The notes: generated from the sequence alone by a model not told the origin. A stretch of 64,000 bases of DNA from Azolla caroliniana (GCA_043228905.1 JBHGNT010000013.1:2170001-2234000); one strand, 5' to 3'; positions 38,395-49,560 are shown, counted from the first letter of the stretch. Numbers and translations: made by a program.

Positions 38395-41300
38395 TGTCGA
38401 ATACAAGTGTATAATGGACGTATTCACACTATCCCTTTGTATAGCTCAAGTTTGGGCCATTTGTGCAATTAGCATAAATGGTAGTTGCCCTAAGTTTGTC
38501 ACTATATAAAGTGACCTAGTAACCTTTTTGTAAGGTTGGTTGTATTATTGTTTCTATTGAATAGGAAGAGTCTTTTGTGCCTCCTCTCTCTCTCTCTCTC
38601 TATCTCTGTGCACGATCTTGGAAACTGTCATACGCAGGTACTCAACCCCATTCGAATGCTACTTGATCTTCCGCATTGACGGCCTTGTCTTCAACATTTG
38701 GTATCAGAGCGAGGTCCCTCAACCCGCTGTCGGCCGTCTTCTCAGCCTGCACAGTATTCAGCCTTTCGCTTCATCCTAATCTGCAAAGCATTCGGTTTCT
38801 TGCGTCATTCGAAGAAACAGAGAAGAAAGTAGGCAAACACAAGCTTGAATCTTGCTGCGTTAGATCATCACTCGGAGTAAGCCAGTCGGCTGTACTCTAC
38901 TTCCTTGATCGTAACTGCTTGAGGTGGGCTTCCTGCACAACGACGACTTCAAGGACAACCCCAGTTCGTGTTTCATTCGATTGGACAATAATCGGAAGGA
39001 CCAGTCGGTTCCATTGCTCTCACCGTTGCAGTCAACCGAAACCGAATCGGCTTGAAGTACTGTCGGATCGTTAAATCTAGGTTCAACTCGACTAAGACAG
39101 TTGTCGGTAGTCAATCCGAACCAAATCCCCGATTCTCCGTAATCAACATCACTTGTGTCCAACTTTGGCTAGAACGACACTGAGTGGGCCAAACCGCTGC
39201 ACTTCACCAAAGTTCGTAGCCGACTTAGGGCAGAGTCATGACATCAACATCCGGCTCATCAGAAATGAGTCTACGAAAGTTCGATGGATCGAACTTCAAC
39301 TTCTGGAAGGAGCAAATGCAGGACTATCTCATAGTCAAGGGGCAAATCGATCCCATCGAAAATGAAGCACCTCCAGAAGGATACAAACCAATTGAGTGGC
39401 AGAAGCTGGACAGAATCGTCCGCGCCACGATTCGGATGCACCTATCGGAATCGGTATACTTTACGGTGCAATCGTGTACGACAGCATTCGAACTGTGGAA
39501 AACACTGTCGGACACCTACGAAAAGAAGGTCGCTGCAACGAAGATGTTTCTGATCCGGCGCCTCTACAACTTGCGGATGAAAGAATCAGATTCGGTTCAA
39601 GCACATCTCAATGAGTACGAAAGCATAAGCTCCCAAATCTCATCTCAGGGGACGGCAATCGAGGATGAACTCAGAGCAATGATACTCATGAGCAGCCTTC
39701 CCTCATCATGGGAAACTTTCGTCACAACCGTGTGCAACGCGTCAACCACGGCTGTTAAATACTCCGAAGTCACGAGCGCAATCCTGACCGAAGCAGCTCG
39801 GAGAAAGTCTTTCGCCAAAGACTCAACAGACGACGCTTATGTAGTACAAGGTTCGACAGACCGATCGAACATACGAGGAAGAGATTCCTCACGGCAGCCG
39901 AACAATCAGCGAAGACGGAGCCAGTCACGGGATAATCGAATCTGCAACTATTGCAAGAAACCCGGACACATCAAAGCCGACTGCCGCGCACTCAAGAACA
40001 AGAACGACAAGTCTCAGAAATCAGACAAGAAGAGTGGCCGGCATGAGGAGATCAATTACGTCAGCTTCTCAACTGATGTGCTACCAAACGACCCGAATAT
40101 ACTATCAATCGAAAATCCAGTCGGATCAGAAGTTCTGCTCACGACTGAAGAATCGAGCACATGGCTCTTAGATTCGGGCGCGTCATTTCACGTGACTCCT
40201 CATCGATCCCAATTTCGGCAATATACGATCCGTCACTCCGACTCAGTTCGAGTCGGCAACTCGCAACACTGTGACATCATTGGAATCGGCACATTAGAGC
40301 TCAACCTTGCAGGTGGCTCTACACTTGTACTTCACAATGTCCGACATGTACCCGAGCTCTCAAGGCCATTGATCTCAGTCGGACAACTAGATGAAGACGG
40401 CATTCGTGCCGGTTTTTCTTCGGGAGGGTGGACACTCCACAGGGAGAACCTCCTGCTTGCTAGAGGACCCAAGATACACTCACTGTATCCGTTACATGTT
40501 ACGCTCAGAGAGGGTAACCTGTTTTTGGTGGATATTCCTGTGTCATCACTATGGCACAAAAGATTAGGACACCTCAGCAAGGCCGGCATTACGCACCTAT
40601 CTAGAGCCGGATACATCCCTAAACTCTCCTTCTCGGACCATCAATTCTGCGAACATTGCCAGTATGGCAAACAAGCAGCCGCATCACACCCAACATCAGC
40701 ACCAAGAGAAACGAGACCTCTCGATTTAGTCCACTCGGACGTCTGTGGCCCAATGCCGCATCAGTCTCTCGGCGGTGCCTCTTACTTCGTCAGTTTTATT
40801 GACGATTCGACTCGAAAGGTGTGGGCTTATCCAATTCGCACCAAAGATCGTGTCTTCTCGATCTTCTCCGATTGGCTTGCTATGGTAGAAAATCAAACTG
40901 ACCGAAAACTGAAATGCTTTCGGACCGACAATGGGGGAGAGTTCAAATCAGAAGAATTCGTCAAATTCTGCCGACAACGCGGCATCCGACGTGAATTTAC
41001 GGCACCACACAGTCCGGAGCAAAACGGGATTGCAGAACGCATGAATCGGACAATCCAAGAACGGATAGTTTCCATGCTCCAACACTCCGGACTGTCGGAT
41101 GGCTTCTGGGCAGAGGCTCTACTCACGGCAGTACACATAATCAATATGTCGCCAAGCAGACCTCTAGGACTTCAAATTCCTCAGGAACTATGGATCGGCA
41201 GTAAGCCGAATTACGACAAGCTGAGGATCTTCGGATGCGAGGCGTACGCCCTTATTCCGAAAGATGATCGCCGAAAACTTGCACCTCGGTCCAGGAAATG

Positions 41301-43764
41301 CATTTTCCTTGGATATGGATCAGACGGCGAAATGGGATACCAACTCTGGGACCCCGAACGCAGACAAATCGTTCGAAGTTCGGACGTTGTGTTCAACGAG
41401 TCGGCTATGAATCCATCAGTCGAAACACCGATCGAAGTCCGAAGGGTAACATTTTCCGATGTGCCGACCCTTCAAGAAGGCCCCGCTCTTAACACACGGT
41501 CAGCTTCATGGGTAGCTGAACCTTACACTACCGACTCGGACAACTCTGACTCGGCACAGCAGAATAATTTGCTTTTGGACCATCCGACCTCGATACCCGA
41601 TACGACCAGTCCAATCATACCTCGACGATCCAAGAGACTGTCGCAACCTCCGGAGAGGTATTCTCCTGGAATTTTCTTCACCGACGCCGGCGAACCGACG
41701 TCTTACGAAGAAGCATCGACATTTGTCGATTCAGCCACCTGGCATCTGGCGATGGAGTCGGAAATGCACTCAATTCGGGCAAACAAGACTTGGGATATGG
41801 TTGAATTACCTATGAATCGACGTGCTCTTCCTTGCAAGTGGGTTTATCGACTAAAAGAGACGTCTGATTCGACCACCCCAAAGTACAAGGCCAGATTAGT
41901 TGCGAAGGGCTTCCGACAAGAATATGGCGTCGACTTCGACGAGATTTTTTCACCAGTGGTGAAAATGACAACCCTTCGTTTTCTACTCGGCGTAGTGGCA
42001 GCCGACAACTTGGAGCTGATTCAGCTAGATGTCAAAACAGCCTTCCTCCATGGTGATCTTGAAGAGGAAATTTATATGGAGCAGCCAAAAGGCTTCGTGG
42101 CAATTGGCCAAGAACATCTAGTCTGCCGACTCAGGAAGAGTCTATACGGCCTCAAACAGGCACCGCGACAATGGTACAAGAAGTTCGACGACTTCATCCA
42201 ATCGATCGGCTTCTCAAAAAGCGATGAGGACCATTGTCTTTTTACCAACACAGCTCAAGATGGATCACCCATCTTCCTCATCATTTACGTGGACGACATG
42301 CTAATTTCTGGACGCCACGCGGGCGAACTTGCCGATCTCATTCGGCAATTGCGGTTGAAGTTTGCCATGAAGGACCTCGGTCCGGCACGACACATACTTG
42401 GCATGAAGATTAGTCGGCATCGCGATAAACCACATCTTTTTTTGTCTCAGACCGACTATATCGGACGTGTCTTGGAACGCTTCAACATGCAATCAGCCAA
42501 ATCTGCTTCAACCCCGCTCCCCATGAATCTTCGGCTCTCTCAGCGAGACTGCCCGACATCTGGTCCGGAGGGGGAAGATATGAAGTCGGTACCGTATGCA
42601 CCGGCAGTCGGCTCCCTTATGTACCTGATGGTCGCGACACGACCTGATATTTCTCATGCCGTAGGAGTCGTTAGCAGATTTATGCACAATCCTGGCCGAT
42701 CGCATTGGAACGCAGTCAAGCATGTGTTCAAATATCTGGCTGGCACAAAAGACCACGGCATTCTTTTCGGTCCGAACTCAACCTCAGGCGTAGTCGGTTA
42801 CACCGACTCGGACTTCGCCGGCTGTATAGACAGTCGGAAATCAACAACCGGATACTGCTTCAAATTGGGCAATGGAGCAATTTCGTGGAAGTCGAAACTT
42901 CAGGAGTGCACAGCGACCTCAACGACCGAAGCAGAATATGTAGCTGCGTCCGACGCTGCAAAAGAAGCTTTGTGGCTCGGCCGGCTGGCGCACACGTTTC
43001 GACAAGTCGACCATGACTCGGCCCCAGTTGTCTATAGCGACAGTCAAGGTGCTGTTGCCTTGTCGAAAAATCCGGTTCACCACAACGCCTCCAAACATAT
43101 CGACGTTCGATATCACTTCGTTCGGGACTGCGTCATTTCAGGGAAAATCGGTCTAGAAAAAATATCCACAACCGACAATGTCGCAGATGGAATGACCAAG
43201 TGTCTTTCGGCAGACCGCTTTCGGTCCCTTCGGCATCAGATGGGCGTAACGACAAACCAATCCGGTTAGAGCCGGACACAGCGCAGGATGGTTTCAGACA
43301 ACCGACATCAGTTCCTTAATGATCGGCTTCAACTCTTCCAACCCAACCAGTTCGGCCTTCTGCCTTCGGACCCTGCCAACTCGAACAAAACTGATATGTC
43401 CGAGAACCTAGGTTTATACCTGTAATCTTAGATAACCCATGTATACGCCCATTACGGGGGAGTGTCGAATACAAGTGTATAATGGACGTATTCACACTAT
43501 CCCTTTGTATAGCTCAAGTTTGGGCCATTTGTGCAATTAGCATAAATGGTAGTTGCCCTAAGTTTGTCACTATATAAAGTGACCTAGTAACCTTTTTGTA
43601 AGGTTGGTTGTATTATTGTTTCTATTGAATAGGAAGAGTCTTTTGTGCCTCCTCTCTCTCTCTCTCTCTATCTCTGTGCACGATCTTGGAAACTGTCATA
43701 CGCAGGTACTCAACCCCATTCGAATGCTACTTGATCTTCCGCATTGACGGCCTTGTCTTCAACA
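38395..43764 (+). mobile_element. Intact, very young Ty1/Copia retrotransposon
   Basis: 302-bp LTRs 38395-38696 and 43463-43764, identical by eye; TSD CTCAT (38390-38394, 43765-43769); PBS TGGTATCAGAGC at 38699; PPT GGGGGAG before the 3' LTR. Confidence 0.97.
39238..43269 (+). CDS. Copia gag-pol polyprotein (1343 aa)
   Basis: Uninterrupted. CNYCKKPGHIKADC, LDSGAS, integrase D-D-E (HSDVC, TDNGGEF, IAERMN), RT LDVKTAF/YVDD, RNase H DSDFAG/EAEY/SDSQ. Confidence 0.97.
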   Translation: MTSTSGSSEMSLRKFDGSNFNFWKEQMQDYLIVKGQIDPIENEAPPEGYKPIEWQKLDRIVRATIRMHLSESVYFTVQSCTTAFELWKTLSDTYEKKVAATKMFLIRRLYNLRMKESDSVQAHLNEYESISSQISSQGTAIEDELRAMILMSSLPSSWETFVTTVCNASTTAVKYSEVTSAILTEAARRKSFAKDSTDDAYVVQGSTDRSNIRGRDSSRQPNNQRRRSQSRDNRICNYCKKPGHIKADCRALKNKNDKSQKSDKKSGRHEEINYVSFSTDVLPNDPNILSIENPVGSEVLLTTEESSTWLLDSGASFHVTPHRSQFRQYTIRHSDSVRVGNSQHCDIIGIGTLELNLAGGSTLVLHNVRHVPELSRPLISVGQLDEDGIRAGFSSGGWTLHRENLLLARGPKIHSLYPLHVTLREGNLFLVDIPVSSLWHKRLGHLSKAGITHLSRAGYIPKLSFSDHQFCEHCQYGKQAAASHPTSAPRETRPLDLVHSDVCGPMPHQSLGGASYFVSFIDDSTRKVWAYPIRTKDRVFSIFSDWLAMVENQTDRKLKCFRTDNGGEFKSEEFVKFCRQRGIRREFTAPHSPEQNGIAERMNRTIQERIVSMLQHSGLSDGFWAEALLTAVHIINMSPSRPLGLQIPQELWIGSKPNYDKLRIFGCEAYALIPKDDRRKLAPRSRKCIFLGYGSDGEMGYQLWDPERRQIVRSSDVVFNESAMNPSVETPIEVRRVTFSDVPTLQEGPALNTRSASWVAEPYTTDSDNSDSAQQNNLLLDHPTSIPDTTSPIIPRRSKRLSQPPERYSPGIFFTDAGEPTSYEEASTFVDSATWHLAMESEMHSIRANKTWDMVELPMNRRALPCKWVYRLKETSDSTTPKYKARLVAKGFRQEYGVDFDEIFSPVVKMTTLRFLLGVVAADNLELIQLDVKTAFLHGDLEEEIYMEQPKGFVAIGQEHLVCRLRKSLYGLKQAPRQWYKKFDDFIQSIGFSKSDEDHCLFTNTAQDGSPIFLIIYVDDMLISGRHAGELADLIRQLRLKFAMKDLGPARHILGMKISRHRDKPHLFLSQTDYIGRVLERFNMQSAKSASTPLPMNLRLSQRDCPTSGPEGEDMKSVPYAPAVGSLMYLMVATRPDISHAVGVVSRFMHNPGRSHWNAVKHVFKYLAGTKDHGILFGPNSTSGVVGYTDSDFAGCIDSRKSTTGYCFKLGNGAISWKSKLQECTATSTTEAEYVAASDAAKEALWLGRLAHTFRQVDHDSAPVVYSDSQGAVALSKNPVHHNASKHIDVRYHFVRDCVISGKIGLEKISTTDNVADGMTKCLSADRFRSLRHQMGVTTNQSG

Positions 43765-45127
43765 CTCATGGGGTTTCATCTAATCATCACACCATCTCCC
43801 TCCTTTGATGATGAGTTCCACGAGTCATAATGCATGAATTGGGGCTCGACTTATTTGGATATTGACGATGAAATTCAGCTACAAGATCAAAGGTGTTGTC
43901 AAGGTTCTCGGCTTGTTCCCAAGTACGATCATTAGGTGTATAACCTAACCAATCGACGAGATAATAAAGCTTCTTACGTACTATCTTGGAGTCCAAAACA
44001 ACTTTGACTTCAAATTTTGGGCCGGAAACAAGTTGAACCGGAGGTGGGGGTAGAACAACCCGATTTAGAATGGAACTAGCATTGTAAGGTTCCAACAATG
44101 AGACATGAAATACTGGGTGTAGATACATGTGTGGGGGAAGATCAAGGCAAAATGCAACATCATTGATTTGATGAGAGATAATACATGGACCAAGCCGTTG
44201 ATAATAAATGGACCAAGTGTAAAAAATCCACCCAATCATCCTGTTCATAATTGATGAAACATCGAAGATATTGTTCTAGAGTTTTATTTGTGCGTCTGTT
44301 TGACCGTCACTTTGTGGATGATTGCTTGAAGAAAGTTTACAAGAGACTTTGAGCATCTCAAGCAACTGTTTCCAGAATTTTGAGATGAATTGTGCGCCAC
44401 GATCACTAATGATGTCATTTGGAAGACCGTGAAGATGAAATACTTCTTTCATAATGATGTCTGCAGTTTCTATACTATTGATAGTTTTCGTGCATGGAAG
44501 AAAATGCGTCATCTTTGTGAATCGATCTATTACAGTGAGGATAGCATCAAAACTCTTTGAAAGTGGAAGATCTATTATAAAGTCCACAGAGATGGATTTC
44601 CACGAACCAGTAGGAACTGGCCATGGATGTAATAACCCATATGGTCGATGTCGTGGAATCTTTGATCGGCAACACACGTCACAAGTACGAACATAATCCT
44701 CAACAAACTCCCGAAGATGAGGCCACCAATAGTTTCGAGAAACTAGCTCCAAAGTTTTGTGGATTCCAAAGTGACCAGCCATTGGGTTGTCATGACAATA
44801 TTGCATTACTTGGAGTCGAGATGAACCATTGGGGATATACAAAAGAGTGCTACGAAAAAGTAACCCATTTTTCCATTGAAATTGGTTATAATCTTTACAA
44901 GGATACTTGGATTTTGAAGAAGATGCACGATCTGAAATGATATGATTCAATACATCTTGAGGAAATTCATCAGAAATGATACCTATTTGCATTGAATCAA
45001 GGAGCCTAGAATCTTCAAGTGCTTTAGAGGCATTAATAGTCAATAGTCGAAACCGATCAGGCCCTAGGATGACTTGCTTTTGATGATCAAATCTGGGCTC
45101 TCCTGGTTGTGGTGCTAAATAAGATCG

Positions 45128-48100
45128 TCATGATAGAGAGTCTGCCTTTCCTTGTTGTACTCCAGGGAAATATGTGATGAGGAAGTCAAAATGCGTCAGG
45201 AATTGTGTCCAACGAGCTTGGCGTCGACTCAAGACTCTAGCATTTTGAAAGTATATGAGGTTTTTATGATCATTGTAAACAATGATTTGGTGGGGAGAAC
45301 CTTCTAAGAGATGCCTCCATTGTTCAAATGAATCTAGAATGGCGAGGAGCTCTTTGTCGTGAATCTCATAATTGATCTCTGCAGACTCGAATTTGCGTGA
45401 ATGGAAAGCAATTGGATGCAGCTTTCCGTCATCTCCAACCTGCGACAAGATAGTTCCTAGTGCAAAATCAGACGCATCCGCCTCGATGATTAAGGGTTTT
45501 TCTAGGTCAGCTTGAAGTAGAATAGGAGCAGAAGTGAATGCTCTCTTTAGGTTTTCAAAAGCTTTGGCCGCATTCGAACTCCATGTGAACGACTTGTTCT
45601 TTCGTGTAAGCTCCGTGAGAGGCATCACGATGTTCGTGTAGTTCTTGATAAATTTGCAGTAAAAACTTGCAAATCCTAAGAAACACTGAACATCACGCAC
45701 TAGGCAAGGTGTTTCCCAATTTAGAACTGTCTGCACCTTGAAGGGATCCATAGATATACCTTGTTGTGAAACCACATACCCTAGAAGCTCCACGTGGTTT
45801 TGATCAAAGCTACATTTCTCGAGATTGCCATAGAGCCCGTATTCTCGTAAGCATTGAAGGACTTGGCGGACATGTGTGTCATGCTCTTCTTGACTTTTTG
45901 AGTAGATCAAGATGTCATCAAGATATACTATGGTAAATGAATCTAAGAAGTCACGACATCCACCCCCACCAAACCCGCACATCCTCCGGTATGTGCCGAG
46001 AAAGGTGAAGAGGTGAGATCTTTGGCAACGGTGATCAACCGAGTTCCTCTGCACGCTCGTCGACTTCGTCTTCCACTTCGAGTATGCGCAATCTTTCCAA
46101 CCGAACCACCGTAGCCACCCGATCCACCATATCCGGCGCTCACACCTTCTTCCCCGATTGGTTGTAGTAGATCTACCGAACGATGTCGTCGATACGACCG
46201 CTCTTCCTTCGTCCACCGCGCGTGTCCTTCGATTGGACTCCTGGCCACTCCTCACGCTCACCGTCTTCAACTGGGTATTGTAGATCGTTCGTGTCGATCT
46301 CCGATTAGGCCGGGTTTGCTCTTGTCCGGATCGGTCTCCACCGATCGCTTCTTGGCTTGGTTGGCCTTCGTCTGCATTCACATTTCCCTGAGTCGGGCTC
46401 GACCGATTGATTCTAGCTGGGTCGGCCCCCTTTTGGATCGGAATCGTCCGATCGATTTTCGCCGAATCAGGTTTCGGCCGGGTCGGCCCCGGTCGATCGG
46501 CTCCCATGTGGATCTTCCTTCGTTCGGGTCGGAATCCCGGCCGGATCGTCTTCCGGTTCAACCGGTTCTCGACTCTTCCTTCCTTCCCGCATGCAACCTC
46601 TCCATCGAACTCAACCGCAGCTTCATCCTTGGCCTCCACGTCGGCCATATCCTTCCCTCCGTGTATGCTCGCCTCGAGCCATATTGTCTCCTCTTCGCCA
46701 CCTCCTTTATCTTCGGTCTTATGTCGACACACGGTCTCGACTGCCGAAGTCTCCGGAACCGGTGTGAAGGAATCCCTTCGTTCATGCACATTTACCTTGT
46801 CTTCTTCATCGCCCTTCCGGTCGTCCTCTTTTTTGTCCACACATTCTGTCTCTCCGGTCTCACGTTGGCGCACGTGCACAACCGCCGAAGTCTCTAGAAT
46901 AGGTGTGGGGATATCCTTTCTTCCTCGATCTTCTTCCTCCTTGTGTTGGGCCTTCATCTTCCCGTCACCACCTTCCGTCTCTCCGGTCTCACGTTGGCAC
47001 ATGCGCGCAACCGCCGAAGTCTCTGGAACAAGCGTGAAGAAAGTGTCGACATGGCTATCCGTCGTCGACTCATCCATAGCCACCTCCGACTCGATGTCGT
47101 TTGTCATGGCTACCTCCTCAATCTCTTCAGACTCAAACACTTTTTCTCCCTCGATCATGCAAGCTTTTCTCATGCTTGCGCCGTCATCACCCGATGTTTT
47201 GTACACAATGCGTGTTCCGAAACATTTATCCTCCCTCGAAGTGGCGTTCGCCGTCCTCGAGTCATCGGCCTCCTCCTTCGCCGTCGTTTCTTTGTAAGAC
47301 AAGAAGGTGACTTGTTTCACACCTTCTCTCTCGGTACCGTCATACCGAACGAGAGCCTTTGTATCGGCCACTTCATTAACCCGCATTTGTTGGGAGGTCT
47401 CTTCTTCCTCGATCACCATTCGCCTCGGTTTTGTCTCCCTTCTAAGCTTCATTTCTTTTGTTGGTGGTGCGTTGTTGCATCTCGTCCCTCTTCGATCATC
47501 CCTCATGGGCCGTCTTGTTGTCGTCGATATTCTCGCTTGCCCCTTATCGTGTAGTCGGCATACACTTTCCACTTTGCTCCAATCCTCGACGAGGCCATTT
47601 GCACCATCATCTTCTTCGAGTTTGAGGCCGATCGCCATCCTTTCCATTTGATCGATTGACTTCACGAACATAAGGACCTTATCGACCCCCACCAATCTTT
47701 GTTCCCGCTCCGACAATTGAGAAAAATGATGCTCGAAGTCTACGAATGCTTGTGTCGCGCCTTGGTGGGTCTTCGCTGATGTCACCCATTGGTCGAAGTT
47801 GCGTCGATCTTGTCCCTTTAGTCTCTCATAGTCATATTCCTCCAATAGAGCCTTCTCGAAAGTCGCCCACGAATCATGAGCTTCTAGAAGCTCTGTTACA
47901 TCTTTGAAGATCGGTTGAGACACCACCCGACAAAAGTACTCTAGCCTCATAGCTTTATCCACACCTCTTGAATCCATCTCCGCATTGTAGACTTTTAGGA
48001 AACTTTTGACTTCGGCACCGTTGAAATAGCTCATTCGTTCGACTACTTTGTCGACGGCTTGTTGGGCTTCATTTCTTCTTTTCTCTTCTCTCAGAAACTC

Positions 48101-48145
48101 CATCATCCTTCTTGACATTGCCTCCATGAGATATTCGCCATCCAT
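45128..48145 (-). CDS. Chimeric ORF: gag-like protein of a Trp-primed element fused in frame to the RT C-half and RNase H of family A
   Basis: About 730 aa gag-like/low-complexity region reads through the PPT and 8 bp of LTR into FTIVYLDD...IEADASDFALG. Expression unknown. Confidence 0.6.
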   Translation of the reverse strand: MDGEYLMEAMSRRMMEFLREEKRRNEAQQAVDKVVERMSYFNGAEVKSFLKVYNAEMDSRGVDKAMRLEYFCRVVSQPIFKDVTELLEAHDSWATFEKALLEEYDYERLKGQDRRNFDQWVTSAKTHQGATQAFVDFEHHFSQLSEREQRLVGVDKVLMFVKSIDQMERMAIGLKLEEDDGANGLVEDWSKVESVCRLHDKGQARISTTTRRPMRDDRRGTRCNNAPPTKEMKLRRETKPRRMVIEEEETSQQMRVNEVADTKALVRYDGTEREGVKQVTFLSYKETTAKEEADDSRTANATSREDKCFGTRIVYKTSGDDGASMRKACMIEGEKVFESEEIEEVAMTNDIESEVAMDESTTDSHVDTFFTLVPETSAVARMCQRETGETEGGDGKMKAQHKEEEDRGRKDIPTPILETSAVVHVRQRETGETECVDKKEDDRKGDEEDKVNVHERRDSFTPVPETSAVETVCRHKTEDKGGGEEETIWLEASIHGGKDMADVEAKDEAAVEFDGEVACGKEGRVENRLNRKTIRPGFRPERRKIHMGADRPGPTRPKPDSAKIDRTIPIQKGADPARINRSSPTQGNVNADEGQPSQEAIGGDRSGQEQTRPNRRSTRTIYNTQLKTVSVRSGQESNRRTRAVDEGRAVVSTTSFGRSTTTNRGRRCERRIWWIGWLRWFGWKDCAYSKWKTKSTSVQRNSVDHRCQRSHLFTFLGTYRRMCGFGGGGCRDFLDSFTIVYLDDILIYSKSQEEHDTHVRQVLQCLREYGLYGNLEKCSFDQNHVELLGYVVSQQGISMDPFKVQTVLNWETPCLVRDVQCFLGFASFYCKFIKNYTNIVMPLTELTRKNKSFTWSSNAAKAFENLKRAFTSAPILLQADLEKPLIIEADASDFALGTILSQVGDDGKLHPIAFHSRKFESAEINYEIHDKELLAILDSFEQWRHLLEGSPHQIIVYNDHKNLIYFQNARVLSRRQARWTQFLTHFDFLITYFPGVQQGKADSLS

Positions 48146-48826
48146 CTTCGTTCTCCCCTACCGCTCTTCACGTCGGGTTCACCAAATGATGTCGCGAAGA
48201 TTCGCGCGTGCGTGTGCTACTCGAGCGACCACCGGGGTCTTGGACTGGGGAGGATGATCGCGGAATTATCGACGCTAGATGACGATCAATGTAAGATTAA
48301 ATGAAAATGGTTTACTTGAGAAGAAGAAAGCTTGTACACTTGAGAAGTAGAAAATAATGAAGAAGATAAAGACAAATATAATTTATATTGATGATAATGG
48401 TGTTGGTGATATCACATATTGAGCCCCCCTTACACAAGCCCAACTAGAGGCTTTTATAGGTCTTTCCATGCTCGTGACATGCACAAAACCATGGTTTTGT
48501 GCACACGGTTTTGCTTATGTCATGCACAAACCATGGGTTTAAAACCATGGTTTTGTGCACATGGTTTTCTATGGTTGTTTCGTCTATAATTTGTATATGA
48601 AAAGGAAATACATAAAATCTACACTATATGATAGTTGTCCTAGTGGTAAGGCAATTATCTTGTATCTTAGAGGTGCAAGGTTCAAACCTTGCTTGCACCC
48701 CTCTGTATGAACTCAAGTGCCACTAGGCCTTAGGAGGCTTATTTGCTAAGTGTATGTGCAATGTTGCACATCATTGGTTTATTCGTCTCACTCGGTTTCA
48801 CACCGTAGCCAAAAATCGTCACGACA
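45951..48826 (-). mobile_element. Second tRNA-Trp-primed gag-only Gypsy derivative; 3' LTR reduced to 8 bp
   Basis: 5' LTR 48190-48826; PBS 48168-48184 (TGGTGAACCCGACGTGA); PPT 45959-45970; LTR start TGTCGTGA at 45951-45958. Confidence 0.88.
48636..48688 (+). promoter_or_regulatory. tRNA-like Pol III A/B-box module in LTR U3
   Basis: TGTCCTAGTGG (48636), GAGGT, GGTTCAAACC (48679); spacing 43; GCAAGG/CCTTGC hairpin. Confidence 0.7.
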
Positions 48827-49560
48827 GCGGTGAGATGTGACAACTGCCTCTTTGAGCGACGTTTGGAACGACACCTACAGATGCCGAGGGCAAGATCAGA
48901 GCCCACCTACGCATCAGTGGTAGCAAGACCTTTTCCAAGGGAGTCATATAATGCGCCTCCAGCGAATACTCCGACTCCGATGGAGATTGACACTACACGT
49001 CGTCGAGGGCCATTATCCGATGAAGAAAAGCAGCGACGCCATACAAATCGACTATGTCTTTACTGCGGTGGACCAGGACATATTGCAATAAATTGCCCCC
49101 ATAGGCCAAGAAGACAGGTAAACCAAATAGTCGTTAGTTCTAATTGTACTAAACCCGAGCCTATTTCAGTAGGGATATCAGATAGTCCTAATAGTACTAA
49201 TAGCCCAGATCTAGCGAACAGATTTGATGTCCTTAGTCAGTTAGAAGAAGAGTAAAAAGACTAAGTCCAGCCAAAATAGGAGCCGTTTGGTTGGACAGCC
49301 CTAGATCTGTGCAGCCCATTAGTGGTTCCATTCCCGTACGGGGATCATATAACCTCGTACGGATCCGACCAGGAGACGAATGGAAGACCGCGTTTCGCAC
49401 CAAATATGGGGATTTCGAGTATACGGTCATGCCGTTCGGCCTCACTAATGCACCGACAGTCTTCCAGCACATGGCTAATGATATATTCCGAGATCTTTTG
49501 GATGATTGTTTGATCATCTATTTGAATGATCTACTGGTTTATTCAAAGACCCAAGAAGAA
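48827..49560 (+). mobile_element. Family B Gypsy fragment (gag end, knuckle, partial RT)
   Basis: Matches 24027-24180 and 24181-24236 but with a different internal deletion; [31 protein letters not shown]. Confidence 0.85.

Larger units (their letters stand above)
37929..45950 (-). mobile_element. 3' half of family A Tcn1-like Gypsy (RT end, RNase H, integrase, chromodomain, 3' LTR split by Copia)
   Basis: LTR 37929-38394 plus 43770-43791; PPT 43792-43805; chromodomain in 43787-44248; integrase 44276-45043; 45458-45950 near-identical to 1113-1605. Confidence 0.92.
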
